From IMG/VR virus record IMGVR_UViG_3300032246_001167, positions 1 to 57,742 of that record: a stretch of DNA of 57,742 nt. One strand, 5' to 3'. A program made the position numbers and the translations under genes. Shown in pieces: positions 22,501 to 28,554 of this stretch. The notes under the pieces were generated by a model. The model saw only the letters and a program-made list of their open reading frames with translations. It was not told where the DNA came from and searched no databases. Position 1 is the first letter of the stretch. Each line of letters opens with the position of its first letter. The DNA is from a virus. Taxonomy: Duplodnaviria; Caudoviricetes.

Positions 22501-22838
22501 GACCTGAAGTTGGCCGGGCTAACGAGGATCTGTTCTACGACCTCAAGCAGCGCGTCGACGAGAAGTATCAGACGTGGAAGACAATGACCGACCGTGGTGA
22601 TGACGATGCGGCCGATGCTTATGAAAACAAGCATGAGGGCTTGCTTGATATGTATCGCGAGGTCAACCAGATCAACGATGCGCTTGGTCAGATCAACGCA
22701 GAAATCCGCGAACTTGGCACAGCCAAGGGCCTAGACATGACTCCTGAGCAGCGTCGCAAGGAAATCACTGATCTCCAGCGCGAGAAGATGGAGCTGGTCG
22801 ACGACATCCGAGAGCTTAGGAAAGAGGCCGGACTTTAA
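13524..22838 (+). CDS. giant polyvalent internal virion protein (ParB-like, C5 DNA methyltransferase, TGT/DpdA-like, zincin, LPD38-like domains)
   Basis: 3104 aa; FDPDAYL N-terminal repeats; VISGRHRL (~15.4 kb); PCTDF and IENP (~17.2-17.3 kb); IDSGAF, PDVVGD, IHILG (~18.0-18.5 kb); HELGH (~19.36 kb); helical C-terminus; last gene of ejection module. Confidence 0.85.
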   Translation: MAFDPDAYLREKSKPEFDPDEYLSTTPSEPFDPDAYLASTKKAEPSFFDRAKTAVTDFFTPHPSKDAGPAMLTPEEEVMGAVAAAPPQAAPKVAPPPPAPMVYKNRREALDDAVNMLEEGFDQKKVIEAFQKLNVPWDEIVKYGKSRGSEYFAPGIPATAEQKRRAAAAPPAPVSELKPGPEPTYLEGAMNAFKRGKANMSDVATGMLFESRVLNPDEAGQILARNANQRAAAAPSYEVQKGMEAIGSAKTYGEAVDALWNNKSATLTMLVDSLFQTAPTLGATAVAAPLGALSRFVSTFGASGSMEYAGVINDVLNENGVDLRNPSAISKALSDPKVLEQMKDKGMKRGLVVGLFDGLTAGIASSFMRPAEEIIAANKLTGMQAKKVAAATWAKELSLQMAGGAGGEFAAQQITGENKPADVIMEALAEGLTAPAEVISAMQAGKAPPAPAAEVPPQAPPPEPPQTPPSRVEPFVGEEPPAPAPAPTEGIPGIVSAAETIPESTADLTEEEQNLVTGYLATGFSEEEAFDRIMKRRERKGGTRALPPVETPMPPVQAEPKLPELPSNETAAVGMPTVEVPLKDLTLSKDVPQFKMGANEKGVVEPLGGKFERTGVAPIQVWRRNDGSLEVISGRHRLDLARRSGETTIPAQIHDEAQGFTPQMAAVLDAELNIRDGQGKVKDYVNYFKASGITPQDAESRGLLARATGKRAFTVASQGSDELIAAVRNDQVPDEAAYFIALNAPNDSRLQGVGLQAVMDGKSANIAVNTMQAVKALGIENNTTTDMFGFDDSALKEAQAMAQVAARKQREIQTRLSAISGAAKNPAIAKAEGIDIRDPNAVNQRIQELRQMKAAWDNWSTNPDLIGEIRQARGVEAPSLTLRGETEEEIRAREEAAAAEERRRRAEEDAAKKAEQEAAERARAEQTVGLFELGQTADQQLSGMGDLFASQEPAVAKEKPAETKVEPTGAARLVMDRAQRLANAENNFRTSVMEQFGLTAEQADAALQKLIKEKLVTLNPDTGQADLKTGAAWDRDVMLRAAGAEEEPKEERKPGATDDEIKKVGEVFEGAQESQVEDDFEIHHLFDPPAKEDIVRLSEKEDFLTPEQAKAKIAEWRKNAEEQDKKGRAKGQMNPNSDKVVLSLFDLTGAWSEPWVEAGYQVYRFDIQDKWTMKDETTGEEVNLGDINQFSVKYFQDLFGDFEGNDVYAILAACPCTDFASSGARHFKAKDANGKTMDSINLVKKTLAVIDYWKPSIWAIENPVGRIEKLGGLPPWRMSFDPYMFGDPYTKKTLLWGRFNADLPTAPVEPTEGSKMHRQYGGKSLATKNARSVTPEGFAYAFFQANNAIDNPVLAIAGKYDRLDRDLIQQALDAGLTEYEIQQLVDDPYYFDGDDEAAENALRAAIAEKKSQKPAVAKEKPTEEKDLFGEPTEEALKAQARELMNTKVRIYASGMSAISDLSRAGRGAGGLDLKGVGVDVGELSANAINMLAHTIVNFNGAAFIDSGAFGAFRRGLKSGTITPINFDNVLKKYDAIIDAVGQTAEENGGDWSDVPNKPMLVMPDVVGDQTASLAELKKHLRWVKTELKLNHLQLIVPLQRGDLSLSDAYKAIVDMLGTDNFVVGIPSNAAAITPQELEAFLRESKPKAIHILGAGSEKNLLPRLISAINAGVADTTKITADASPIRSAVLAAVANGAKRGDAIEQFVFDERDPALLRDLERAKAEPAAPAAPVEAVAEEPVAPAEKPAKAPKVAKEKLPYTPEQRKEAEGHAEEIKGDLFWQKGDYALVRTYSLTGDTIYIPTMGSRRAMVVDVRSFTNKALPEDIKQEMLAAREQAEREAEIRHEFAPFIKFKDGIALSEDIPDNLAGVIRGWKDLLKLDAPIYVSTIEDARRNKNNFTGPHRRIGSGTINENDAGSMRRMNDGSYYILFTKSTSPTVMLEILGHELGHLHQALVFDRAPRETQQAIRDAHKNWLASQKGKTAKELVASMRGRATARRVRYASEDLKAEEASSYWHSFKEWYADQVSRWAVSAEAPTTIVEKFFKRLGNQLRQFYQQLKNKKYLPDETFAKYINEVTARAPELTPPKDISDLAEQSRKMVEPEQTNEDEDDKLLSKYNRPNTPMLDGKPLGTFLLGQWKNGKQLFKDFINDPVEAAKDAGDSAFDAVISARMQTVWFGAGLESRDFNRYGRQLRTSEGLAIASVALDNAIHSANIGIQVLFQGGLKYDSKFGRFVAVERKLGMRGVYEAEKRMKDRIGAQKATNLINGYLEAKRSISIMNELYDRQANYEDLKAHLEELVNQGAKEADIQDARDDLIDAQNDLKAIQKAASSVLMSEQEMRDFAALDKSHPELREIMKNFNAINQNLLRVWRDVGLLSEKRYNTLADIQDYVPWQRLMEDGEDPHTPLQSTNRNLTNIGREKLFKRGAPTDVLDFKAQVGQNTFELPASTVLKVTVDGKRVPADLLSVTEDGKLRIDQPIEEGALVVFKVTRPINNIIENMTQNVMRMSMNAIRHYAAARIVYEYGTRAPDGKLMTFPKVDKAKNRFNFIIDGQKVVVEISDPLVAGSIYGMENLDLEMWKPLAMVTNLVRRSITLSGAFQLEQVLKDAPTAAMVTGVKRPDLLIGGVLKGLITSLVQPAGKAAGVDIEPTVNILRAAGIGGFHSPSRTSEETVKRRIGVMNRNVYSASIQMLDHIGDSADMAQRVAVYKRVLAETGDEMQALHQAANVINFLHRGSAGYAQVLFKIVPFMSAYANATDVLANALIGGNLKGMSRAKAIRRLAIATAMLSSLTLMYCMLVGGDPDYEELDDQTKMRNIIVPGTKIKIPMNTSAAYIWKAVPEMLYNTVINEGTQNEVDRTRLKKALSQAAKDMLLGPPPIPAGVGKVAEVVLDHDFYTGRGVIPENLKHVEAFEQWDASTSELAKKLSAYTEVPGTDGKRVLSPIEADHLVRGLFGSVGFTAQWISNAIGERNGDRPELTGRETPVIGRFIRPEVGRANEDLFYDLKQRVDEKYQTWKTMTDRGDDDAADAYENKHEGLLDMYREVNQINDALGQINAEIRELGTAKGLDMTPEQRRKEITDLQREKMELVDDIRELRKEAGL

Positions 22839-22851
22839 CAATGTTAAAGTA
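22832..22851. promoter_or_regulatory. palindromic operator-like site ACTTTAACA-A-TGTTAAAGT
   Basis: Perfect inverted repeat between convergent gene ends; recurs at ~28200 and three times at 38394-38493. Confidence 0.6.
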
Positions 22852-22852
22852 C

Positions 22853-23197
22853 TCAGAGCGTGTGTATCACAATGGTACACACGCCGCCCTTCTTAACTTC
22901 TTGCCGGGTGATGTGTAGCTCATCTATCTGACTGTCGGACTCATAGCATCCGGCGTGCTCGCAGGCATCCAGCAGGGCCTTCAAAATGTTGTCAACATCC
23001 CTCTTCCGGCGATCGGGCGGAAAGAGAGTAATGTGCACGGCCAGCCTTCCTTCCAGCGCTATAACACCGTTGCACGACTCAATCACTGACGCACGAAATT
23101 GCTGTCCGCGCTTTGATATGAAACGACTTTTTCCTGATTGCCCCCAGTAGTGGTTGACGGATGGAGGCCAGGGCAAGAGCAGTTGTATATGCTGCAT
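22853..23197 (-). CDS. rusA: RusA-family Holliday junction resolvase
   Basis: LPWPPSVNHYW, PPDRRKRDVDNILKALLDA, DSQID. Confidence 0.9.
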   Translation of the reverse strand: MQHIQLLLPWPPSVNHYWGQSGKSRFISKRGQQFRASVIESCNGVIALEGRLAVHITLFPPDRRKRDVDNILKALLDACEHAGCYESDSQIDELHITRQEVKKGGVCTIVIHTL

Positions 23198-23231
23198 AAA
23201 CACCACACATGGAAGAATTGGCATGCACCTA

Positions 23232-23260
23232 TTGACATGCGGATAGGTAGGTATAAGAAT
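23232..23260 (+). promoter_or_regulatory. putative sigma70 promoter of recombination operon
   Basis: TTGACA at 23232, 17-nt spacer, AAGAAT; AGGAG RBS before GTG 23285. Confidence 0.5.
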
Positions 23261-23284
23261 ACCCCTAACAACTAGGAGACAACA

Positions 23285-24169
23285 GTGAAGCTGACCAACA
23301 AGCACAACATCCCGCAGACGTTCATCAACATCTTGGAGCGTCCTACGTACAGCAAGGGCTCTGCCCACCTGTCTGTGACCCAGCTCATCAACAGCCCAAA
23401 GATCGTAGCGCTGACCAATAAGTTTGCCGATGACATCGAGCAAGACGTGTCGGACATGGTGTGGTCAATCTTTGGTTCAGCTATCCACAAGGTCTTGGAG
23501 CACGGTGCCGATGACAACCATCTGATTGAAGAGCGCCTGCACACGCAGGTCGACGGCTGGAAGATCTCCGGTGCTATCGACCTTCAGATCCTCAACGAGG
23601 ATGGCATCTCCGTTCGTGACTACAAGACCACCTCGGCGTGGTCGGTGATGAACGACAAGATCGAATGGGAGCAGCAGCTAAACATCTACGCGTGGCTGGT
23701 TGAAACGGTCAAGGAGAAGCCGGTCAAGGACCTTGGCATCGTTGCCATCATCCGGGACTGGAGCCGTAGAGATGCGGCTACGCGGGAGGGTTATCCTACT
23801 GCCCCCATCAAGGAGATCCCCATCAATCTGTGGAGCTATGCGGAGCGCGACAAGTTTGTGCGTGACCGTATATCTCTCCACTCGGCATGCGAGTTCGCCC
23901 TTGAGGCTGAAGAGCTTCTGCCTCCCTGCACTCCTGAGGAGATGTGGGAGAAGCCCACCGTGTACGCGGTGAAGAAGAAAGGCGCAGTCCGCGCCAAGTC
24001 ACTGCACGACAACGAGCCAGAGGCGAATGTCATCGCCATGCAGTTGGGCAGTGAATATGAAGTGGAGACCAGGCTTGGTGAGCGCACGCGCTGTGCAAAC
24101 TTCTGCTCGGTCAACACATGGTGCCAGCAATGGCGTGATTACCAGCAAGGCTGGAAGGAGAGCGAATGA
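23285..24169 (+). CDS. PD-(D/E)XK exonuclease (RecB/Cas4-like)
   Basis: G.AIHKVLE, ISGAIDL, DYKTTS, QLNIYAWL, C-terminal Cys cluster RCANFC...C. Confidence 0.85.
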   Translation: MKLTNKHNIPQTFINILERPTYSKGSAHLSVTQLINSPKIVALTNKFADDIEQDVSDMVWSIFGSAIHKVLEHGADDNHLIEERLHTQVDGWKISGAIDLQILNEDGISVRDYKTTSAWSVMNDKIEWEQQLNIYAWLVETVKEKPVKDLGIVAIIRDWSRRDAATREGYPTAPIKEIPINLWSYAERDKFVRDRISLHSACEFALEAEELLPPCTPEEMWEKPTVYAVKKKGAVRAKSLHDNEPEANVIAMQLGSEYEVETRLGERTRCANFCSVNTWCQQWRDYQQGWKESE

Positions 24170-24543
24170 GCGCGAATGATATGCAGATCGGCGGTAGCCA
24201 CTACAAGGATATGGGTCAACAACCTTGGGATGTGCTGCGTGATTGGCTGACCGCAGAGGAGTATCGGGGTTACATGAAAGGGAACGCCATTGTGTATCTC
24301 GCAAGGGAGCGCAACAAGGGTTCCAACGAGGACCTGAGGAAGGCCCTGCATACCTTAACAAAGTTGGTTGAGGTAACCAGCGAGAAGAAAGTTGTGACCG
24401 TGGCAATGCTTGAGGATTTGGTTGCCGAGCTTGAGCAGCCGAAGCGCAAGTACGTCAAGAAGACCCCGACCAAAGCTGCGCCGTTTGGCTTTAAGAAGAA
24501 CGGCGAGCCCCGTAAGTACAAGCCGAAAGGATGGACAACATGA
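24166..24543 (+). CDS. DUF3310 (SaV-like) protein
   Basis: QIGGSHY, GYMKGNAIVYLAR..KG..EDLRKA. Confidence 0.8.
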   Translation: MSANDMQIGGSHYKDMGQQPWDVLRDWLTAEEYRGYMKGNAIVYLARERNKGSNEDLRKALHTLTKLVEVTSEKKVVTVAMLEDLVAELEQPKRKYVKKTPTKAAPFGFKKNGEPRKYKPKGWTT

Positions 24544-25226
24544 GTGTTCACAAGAAGTTGATGGAAGCCCGCGTCAAGCTGCACAGCATGGAGTTGAAGA
24601 AGTCTGGTGAGAACAAGTTTGCTGGCTACCGTTACTTTGAGCTTGGAGACTTCATCCCGCAGACCATGCAGATCTTTAATGACCTGGGCCTGTGTAGCGT
24701 GATCTCGTTTGATACCGACTACGCGACCATGCTTATTACTGATGTGGAAGACGGCACGGTCATTGCGATCAAGAGCCCGATGGCAGAGGCTAGCCTCAAG
24801 GGCGCTCACCCGATTCAGAACCTGGGTGCGGCCGAGTCTTACCAGCGTCGTTACCTGTGGCTCAACGCCATGGAGATCACGGAGAGCGACGTCATTGATG
24901 CCTCTCCTAGGCCGGAGTCCAAACCCGTAGCCAAGCCTGTAGAAAAGGTAGAGAAGCCGCGCCCTCCGGCAGAGATTGAGGGGGCTGTTGGCAGCTGGTC
25001 TATCAAGACCACCCTGTCTCCTGAGGGTAGCGTGGATAATTGGCTTGTCGTTGTTAACGATGCCGTGTTGGCCGGTCTTGCTATGGCCAACAAGGAAGAC
25101 GACGTCATGCAGATCTTCAAGCAAAACAAGCAGCTGTTTGATTCGATCAAGGCCGCAGATGCTGAGTACTTCAAAGACCTGATGGCCAAATTCACCGAAA
25201 CCAAAAATAAATTGAAAGGGAATTAA
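24540..25226 (+). CDS. erf: ERF-family single-strand annealing protein
   Basis: KKSGENKFAGYRYFELGD, IQNLGAAESYQRRYL. Confidence 0.85.
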   Translation: MSVHKKLMEARVKLHSMELKKSGENKFAGYRYFELGDFIPQTMQIFNDLGLCSVISFDTDYATMLITDVEDGTVIAIKSPMAEASLKGAHPIQNLGAAESYQRRYLWLNAMEITESDVIDASPRPESKPVAKPVEKVEKPRPPAEIEGAVGSWSIKTTLSPEGSVDNWLVVVNDAVLAGLAMANKEDDVMQIFKQNKQLFDSIKAADAEYFKDLMAKFTETKNKLKGN

Positions 25227-25514
25227 ATGAGCAATTTTATTCCGCGCCCGAATACCGGCACGCTGTGGCCCAACCGCAAGGTTAGCCAGAACCATCCCGA
25301 CGTACGCGGTGATGTGTTTCTAGACCGGGCGTTTCTTGAGGGTCTGTTGCGCAAGACAGGCGATGACCTAGTCAAGATCCAGGTGTCGGGTTGGAACAAG
25401 GTCCTTGCCGGCAAGGAGTGCCTGTCCCTTCAGGTCTCTGAGCCGTACGTCAAGCCGGAAGAGGCTCGGCCGCAGTATTCGTCATCGGTTGACGAGTCCG
25501 ACGTTCCCTTCTGA
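25227..25514 (+). CDS. putative ssDNA-binding protein
   Basis: HPDVRG, VSGW, LSLQVSEP and acidic DESDVPF tail; follows ERF. Confidence 0.65.
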   Translation: MSNFIPRPNTGTLWPNRKVSQNHPDVRGDVFLDRAFLEGLLRKTGDDLVKIQVSGWNKVLAGKECLSLQVSEPYVKPEEARPQYSSSVDESDVPF

Positions 25515-25927
25515 TGAAGACGCTGCAATTTGAGGCGGTCAAGGTTGCGTTCAAGCAGGACAAGAACGGCTACATCCTGACGCTTTGCATTCACCCTGAC
25601 GAAGTGCCTGAGGACTTACTCCGGTCCTTTGTCGGGGCTGTCTACCAGGTTGTCATGGTGCGCCTTGACCGTAACGCCGACCCCCAAGAAGAGTTTGAGT
25701 CGGACAAGGCCGTGAAGATGGCTGGCATGTTGTGCCGGGACCCCAAGTTCTGGGAGTTCCTGCATGAGGATAGTCAGATCTTTACGGCTACCGAAAAAGA
25801 TGCGACCGACTGGTTGCGCGACTTCTTGGAAATCCAATCCCGAACCGAGCTCAAGGACAACGCGGAAGCGCGCTCCCGGCTTGATTCATTGCACAAGGAA
25901 TTCTTGGCATGGAAGCAAAGAAACTAA
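25514..25927 (+). CDS. hypothetical protein
   Basis: Coupled ORF, 137 aa; AGMLCRDPKFWEFL. Confidence 0.7.
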   Translation: MKTLQFEAVKVAFKQDKNGYILTLCIHPDEVPEDLLRSFVGAVYQVVMVRLDRNADPQEEFESDKAVKMAGMLCRDPKFWEFLHEDSQIFTATEKDATDWLRDFLEIQSRTELKDNAEARSRLDSLHKEFLAWKQRN

Positions 25928-26190
25928 TTCCCTACAGCTTGTACTTGCCGCCCAAGTACCACGACAAGCTCAAAGAGCTGGCCAAGGTACGCAAGGCATC
26001 GTCGACGATCCGTGATGCCATCACTTTGTTATTGGACAACCAAGACGTCTACAAGTCTGCGTACAACAAAGGCATTGGTGATGCAGCTCAGGTTGTGTAC
26101 GACTGCGATGAAGCGCAGATGGTTGCCGTGAAAGGCAAAGACCTGGGCGCCATCCTGACCGAGCGGATCAAGGGACTGGAGATGAAATGA
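25909..26190 (+). CDS. putative ribbon-helix-helix DNA-binding protein
   Basis: YSLYLP...KLKELAK...SSTIRDAI pattern. Confidence 0.5.
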   Translation: MEAKKLIPYSLYLPPKYHDKLKELAKVRKASSTIRDAITLLLDNQDVYKSAYNKGIGDAAQVVYDCDEAQMVAVKGKDLGAILTERIKGLEMK

Positions 26191-26432
26191 TTGCCGAGCT
26201 CCAGACTGAGGTTGCTGAAACGGAATGCACTGTGCGCCTGTACAACTGGACACCTTACCGGCCGGCCTACATCAGCGGAGCCCCGGAGAATTGTTATCCA
26301 GCCGAGGGTGGCTACGGTGACTGGGCGCTGTTTGTCAACGGCCAAAGGGCTGAGTGGCTAGAGGCTCAGCTAACGCCTCAACAGATCGACAGTATTGAGG
26401 CGCAACTATTTGAAATGATGGAGCAGTCATGA
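26187..26432 (+). CDS. hypothetical protein
   Basis: ATGA-coupled ORF; GAPENCYPAEGG motif. Confidence 0.7.
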   Translation: MIAELQTEVAETECTVRLYNWTPYRPAYISGAPENCYPAEGGYGDWALFVNGQRAEWLEAQLTPQQIDSIEAQLFEMMEQS

Positions 26433-26620
26433 CGGAGTTTCGGGATTATTCAACTTACCTCCAAAAGCTGGTTTACATGGAGCGCAAGACGCACGAAATG
26501 TGCAATGAAAGGCAGTACCAGGCGGCCAAGCGTTATGCCATGGAAATGCAGCGCATCTCCGGCGAGCTGGTCATGTGGCTAGATGAGCAAGTTCATGGAG
26601 CTGAAGAATGCAAGAACTAA
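26429..26620 (+). CDS. hypothetical protein
   Basis: ATGA-coupled 63-aa ORF. Confidence 0.6.
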   Translation: MTEFRDYSTYLQKLVYMERKTHEMCNERQYQAAKRYAMEMQRISGELVMWLDEQVHGAEECKN

Positions 26621-26718
26621 TCGGCGGGGCATTTATTTTGATTCTGCTGTTGTTTGCTTTGTTTATCGTGTCCGTTATTGCACAGCTGGTATGGACAGCG
26701 ATTAGGAAACGCAAATGA
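26608..26718 (+). CDS. small membrane protein (36 aa)
   Basis: Read manually: MQELIGGAFILILLLFALFIVSVIAQLVWTAIRKRK; GGAG upstream; stop overlaps next ATG. Confidence 0.55.
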   Translation: MQELIGGAFILILLLFALFIVSVIAQLVWTAIRKRK

Positions 26719-26903
26719 AACGCGATGACATCATCCGTATGGCAACGGAAAGCAACCTATCAGAAGAACATATGAACGAGTGCGGATATTACTGCGTGAT
26801 TTGTAACAGGATTCTGCCAGCAGACGATTGTGGGGTAATTGTGCATGACCCTATCCCACACCCACCAGACATGGACTTTGCAGAAGAGGAGAAACCACAA
26901 TGA
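26715..26903 (+). CDS. hypothetical protein with CxxC/His motif
   Basis: MKRDDIIRMA leader, YYCVICNR...VHDPIPHP. Confidence 0.6.
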   Translation: MKRDDIIRMATESNLSEEHMNECGYYCVICNRILPADDCGVIVHDPIPHPPDMDFAEEEKPQ

Positions 26904-27244
26904 AACCTGACGACCTAAAGCGGAACTACAGAGCGAACCGCGATGACATTGTCCTTATGGCTCGCAAGGCTGGCGGGATTGAATGTGATTGTTGTTTGCC
27001 ATACCTGCAGGACTACTCGGAGAAAGAGCTTGCCGATTTTTTGGAGCGCTTTGCCGAACTAGTTGCCGCTGCCGAGCGTGAGAAGGTAGCCCGGTGGATG
27101 ATGGAGCGTGGCTACGCTACAGGCCACGGCGACACCATTGAAGAACTGCTGAACGAACTGGAGTGGCAGGTGGTGGAGCGTGAGCGTGAGATCCACACCA
27201 AATTGCCAGTACGACAACAGAGCAGTAGACAAGAAGTGCAGTAG
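26900..27244 (+). CDS. hypothetical protein
   Basis: RDDIVLMAR, LERFAELVAAAERE, WMMERGYATGHGDTIEELL: common phage accessory motifs. Confidence 0.7.
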   Translation: MKPDDLKRNYRANRDDIVLMARKAGGIECDCCLPYLQDYSEKELADFLERFAELVAAAEREKVARWMMERGYATGHGDTIEELLNELEWQVVEREREIHTKLPVRQQSSRQEVQ

Positions 27245-27280
27245 CTGTAGATGGATCAAACCTCAATAAAGGAGATACCT

Positions 27281-27436
27281 ATGAACGAAATCACTTTGAA
27301 GTTCACCACCGATGAAGTCAGCATGCTGTTGGCTGCCCTGTCTGCATTGCCCACCGGGTCGGGTGCATGGCCCCTGGCGATCCGCATCAAGACCGATGCC
27401 GAGTCTCAGTTTGTTCCAGCAGAAACTACGCAATGA
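27281..27436 (+). CDS. hypothetical protein
   Basis: AGGAG RBS, 51 aa. Confidence 0.6.
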   Translation: MNEITLKFTTDEVSMLLAALSALPTGSGAWPLAIRIKTDAESQFVPAETTQ

Positions 27437-27669
27437 GCCCGGACATGATTCGTGAGTGGGCCAAGCAGACCATCCCGGCGTTGGCGTTTAGCGCTACCGA
27501 TGAGGAGCTGGAAAGCTTGGCTAAGCTGATTGGTGCAAGCACCAGAGAACAATGTGCTCAAGCGTGCGAGCGGGCTTACCTTAGTGGCTACAGCACACTG
27601 GCTGCGGCATCGCTGATTAGAAGGGGAGAGAAATGGACCGATACGTCGACGTCACCCTGTACGACTTGA
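27433..27669 (+). CDS. hypothetical protein
   Basis: ATGA-coupled; REQCAQACE...AASLIR motif. Confidence 0.6.
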   Translation: MSPDMIREWAKQTIPALAFSATDEELESLAKLIGASTREQCAQACERAYLSGYSTLAAASLIRRGEKWTDTSTSPCTT

Positions 27670-27863
27670 GCTTTCCGGTTACGTATGAGCAGCTGTGCAT
27701 GATGCGCAACCTCATAGAGACTGGGATTGATAACTCGTACGACCGCGAGGAAAGGATGGAGCTTAGGACTCTTTTGTCCTCTCTCTACTCCGTTCAGATG
27801 GAAGGCGGCCGCACCTTTGGCGAGCTGATCAGGATGATCGAGACAGAAGGAAAAATTGAATAA
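27633..27863 (+). CDS. hypothetical protein
   Basis: GGAGAG RBS, 76 aa. Confidence 0.55.
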   Translation: MDRYVDVTLYDLSFPVTYEQLCMMRNLIETGIDNSYDREERMELRTLLSSLYSVQMEGGRTFGELIRMIETEGKIE

Positions 27864-28149
27864 CAAGCTCACCCCTTCTGAGAGACGTCACCTGCAAAAG
27901 GTTAAGTCCTTGCCGTGTGGAGTCTGCGGAGCTGCTGGACCGAGCGATGCCCACCACATTGAGCAGCACAAGCAGTACCTGTGCATTCCTTTATGTCGGG
28001 ACTGTCACCAGGGATCTCATAACGGTATCCATGGCGAGAAGCGGATCTGGTCTGTCTACAAGAAGACCGAGCTGTCGGTTCTCAACGACACCATTAAGAC
28101 GTTGCTGGACAATCCACAACCGTGTCAGAATGCGCGGGCCTCCTCCTAG
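27856..28149 (+). CDS. HNH/Ref-like zinc-binding nuclease (DUF968-like)
   Basis: PCGVCG, DAHHI, IPLCRDCHQG..GIHG. Confidence 0.75.
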   Translation: MNNKLTPSERRHLQKVKSLPCGVCGAAGPSDAHHIEQHKQYLCIPLCRDCHQGSHNGIHGEKRIWSVYKKTELSVLNDTIKTLLDNPQPCQNARASS

Positions 28150-28168
28150 TGGCGATAAGTAAAGCTCA

Positions 28169-28195
28169 GCCCCCTCTTCGTGAGGGGGTCTTTTT
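28169..28195 (+). terminator. intrinsic terminator
   Basis: GCCCCCTC-TTCGT-GAGGGGGT stem-loop followed by CTTTTT at end of operon. Confidence 0.8.
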
Positions 28196-28197
28196 GA

Positions 28198-28220
28198 GTA
28201 CTTTAACAATGTTAAAGTAC
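28198..28220. promoter_or_regulatory. palindromic operator-like site GTACTTTAACA-A-TGTTAAAGTAC
   Basis: Perfect 11-bp inverted repeat with the same core as 22832; immediately precedes the hammerhead. Confidence 0.65.
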
Positions 28221-28225
28221 AGACA

Positions 28226-28271
28226 GTCCTTCTGATGAGCCGTGAGTCGGCGAAACCTACGGGTAAAGGAC
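28226..28271 (+). ncRNA. type I hammerhead ribozyme
   Basis: Stem I GTCCTT/AAGGAC; core CTGATGA; stem II GCCG-TGAGT-CGGC; GAAA; stem III CC-TACG-GG; GTA cleavage triplet (cut after 28265); intergenic. Confidence 0.9.
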
Positions 28272-28281
28272 AGCGTGACCT

Positions 28282-28374
28282 TCCGGTGTAGCGGGCTGCG
28301 TGGGGTTTTCCCGAGGACGAAAGGGTGAAGTAAGGGGTCGCGAACCCGAGCTGCAGCCTGATTAGTAAACCGGA
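28282..28374 (+). ncRNA. putative multi-stem structured RNA downstream of hammerhead
   Basis: Nested stems TCCGGT/ACCGGA and GGCTGC/GCAGCC enclosing hairpins GGG-GTTTT-CCC and GGGT-CGCGA-ACCC. Confidence 0.45.
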
Positions 28375-28377
28375 CTG

Positions 28378-28406
28378 TTGACAACGGATTTAGTTGGACA
28401 TACGAT
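28378..28406 (+). promoter_or_regulatory. sigma70 promoter
   Basis: TTGACA, 17-nt spacer, TACGAT. Confidence 0.75.
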
Positions 28407-28412
28407 GCACGT

Positions 28413-28554
28413 GTCTGGGGTGGCTCCCGGGCGACGATAGGAACCCCGATATTTTGGTAGGGGCTTTGTGTGACTCAAATCGCATCCTATCTGCGCCTAG
28501 AGTTGCCCAACGCCAAGGGCCTAAGCCTCTACCAAAGTGTCGGGGTTTTTCTTT
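28413..28554 (+). ncRNA. putative small RNA / attenuator leader
   Basis: Starts at the expected TSS; 5' hairpin GTCTGGG-GTGGCT-CCCGGGC; ~23-bp stem 28444-28466/28523-28545 with G-U pairs followed by TTTTTCTTT. Confidence 0.6.

Noticed and set aside
23198-23443. Long N-terminal extension of RusA in the ORF track
   Set aside because: Overlaps the divergent promoter and nuclease gene; RusA homology begins at Met 23197
23285-24169. Cas4 / CRISPR system
   Set aside because: Cas4-like nuclease sits with ERF and SSB in a recombination operon; no repeat-spacer array or other cas genes
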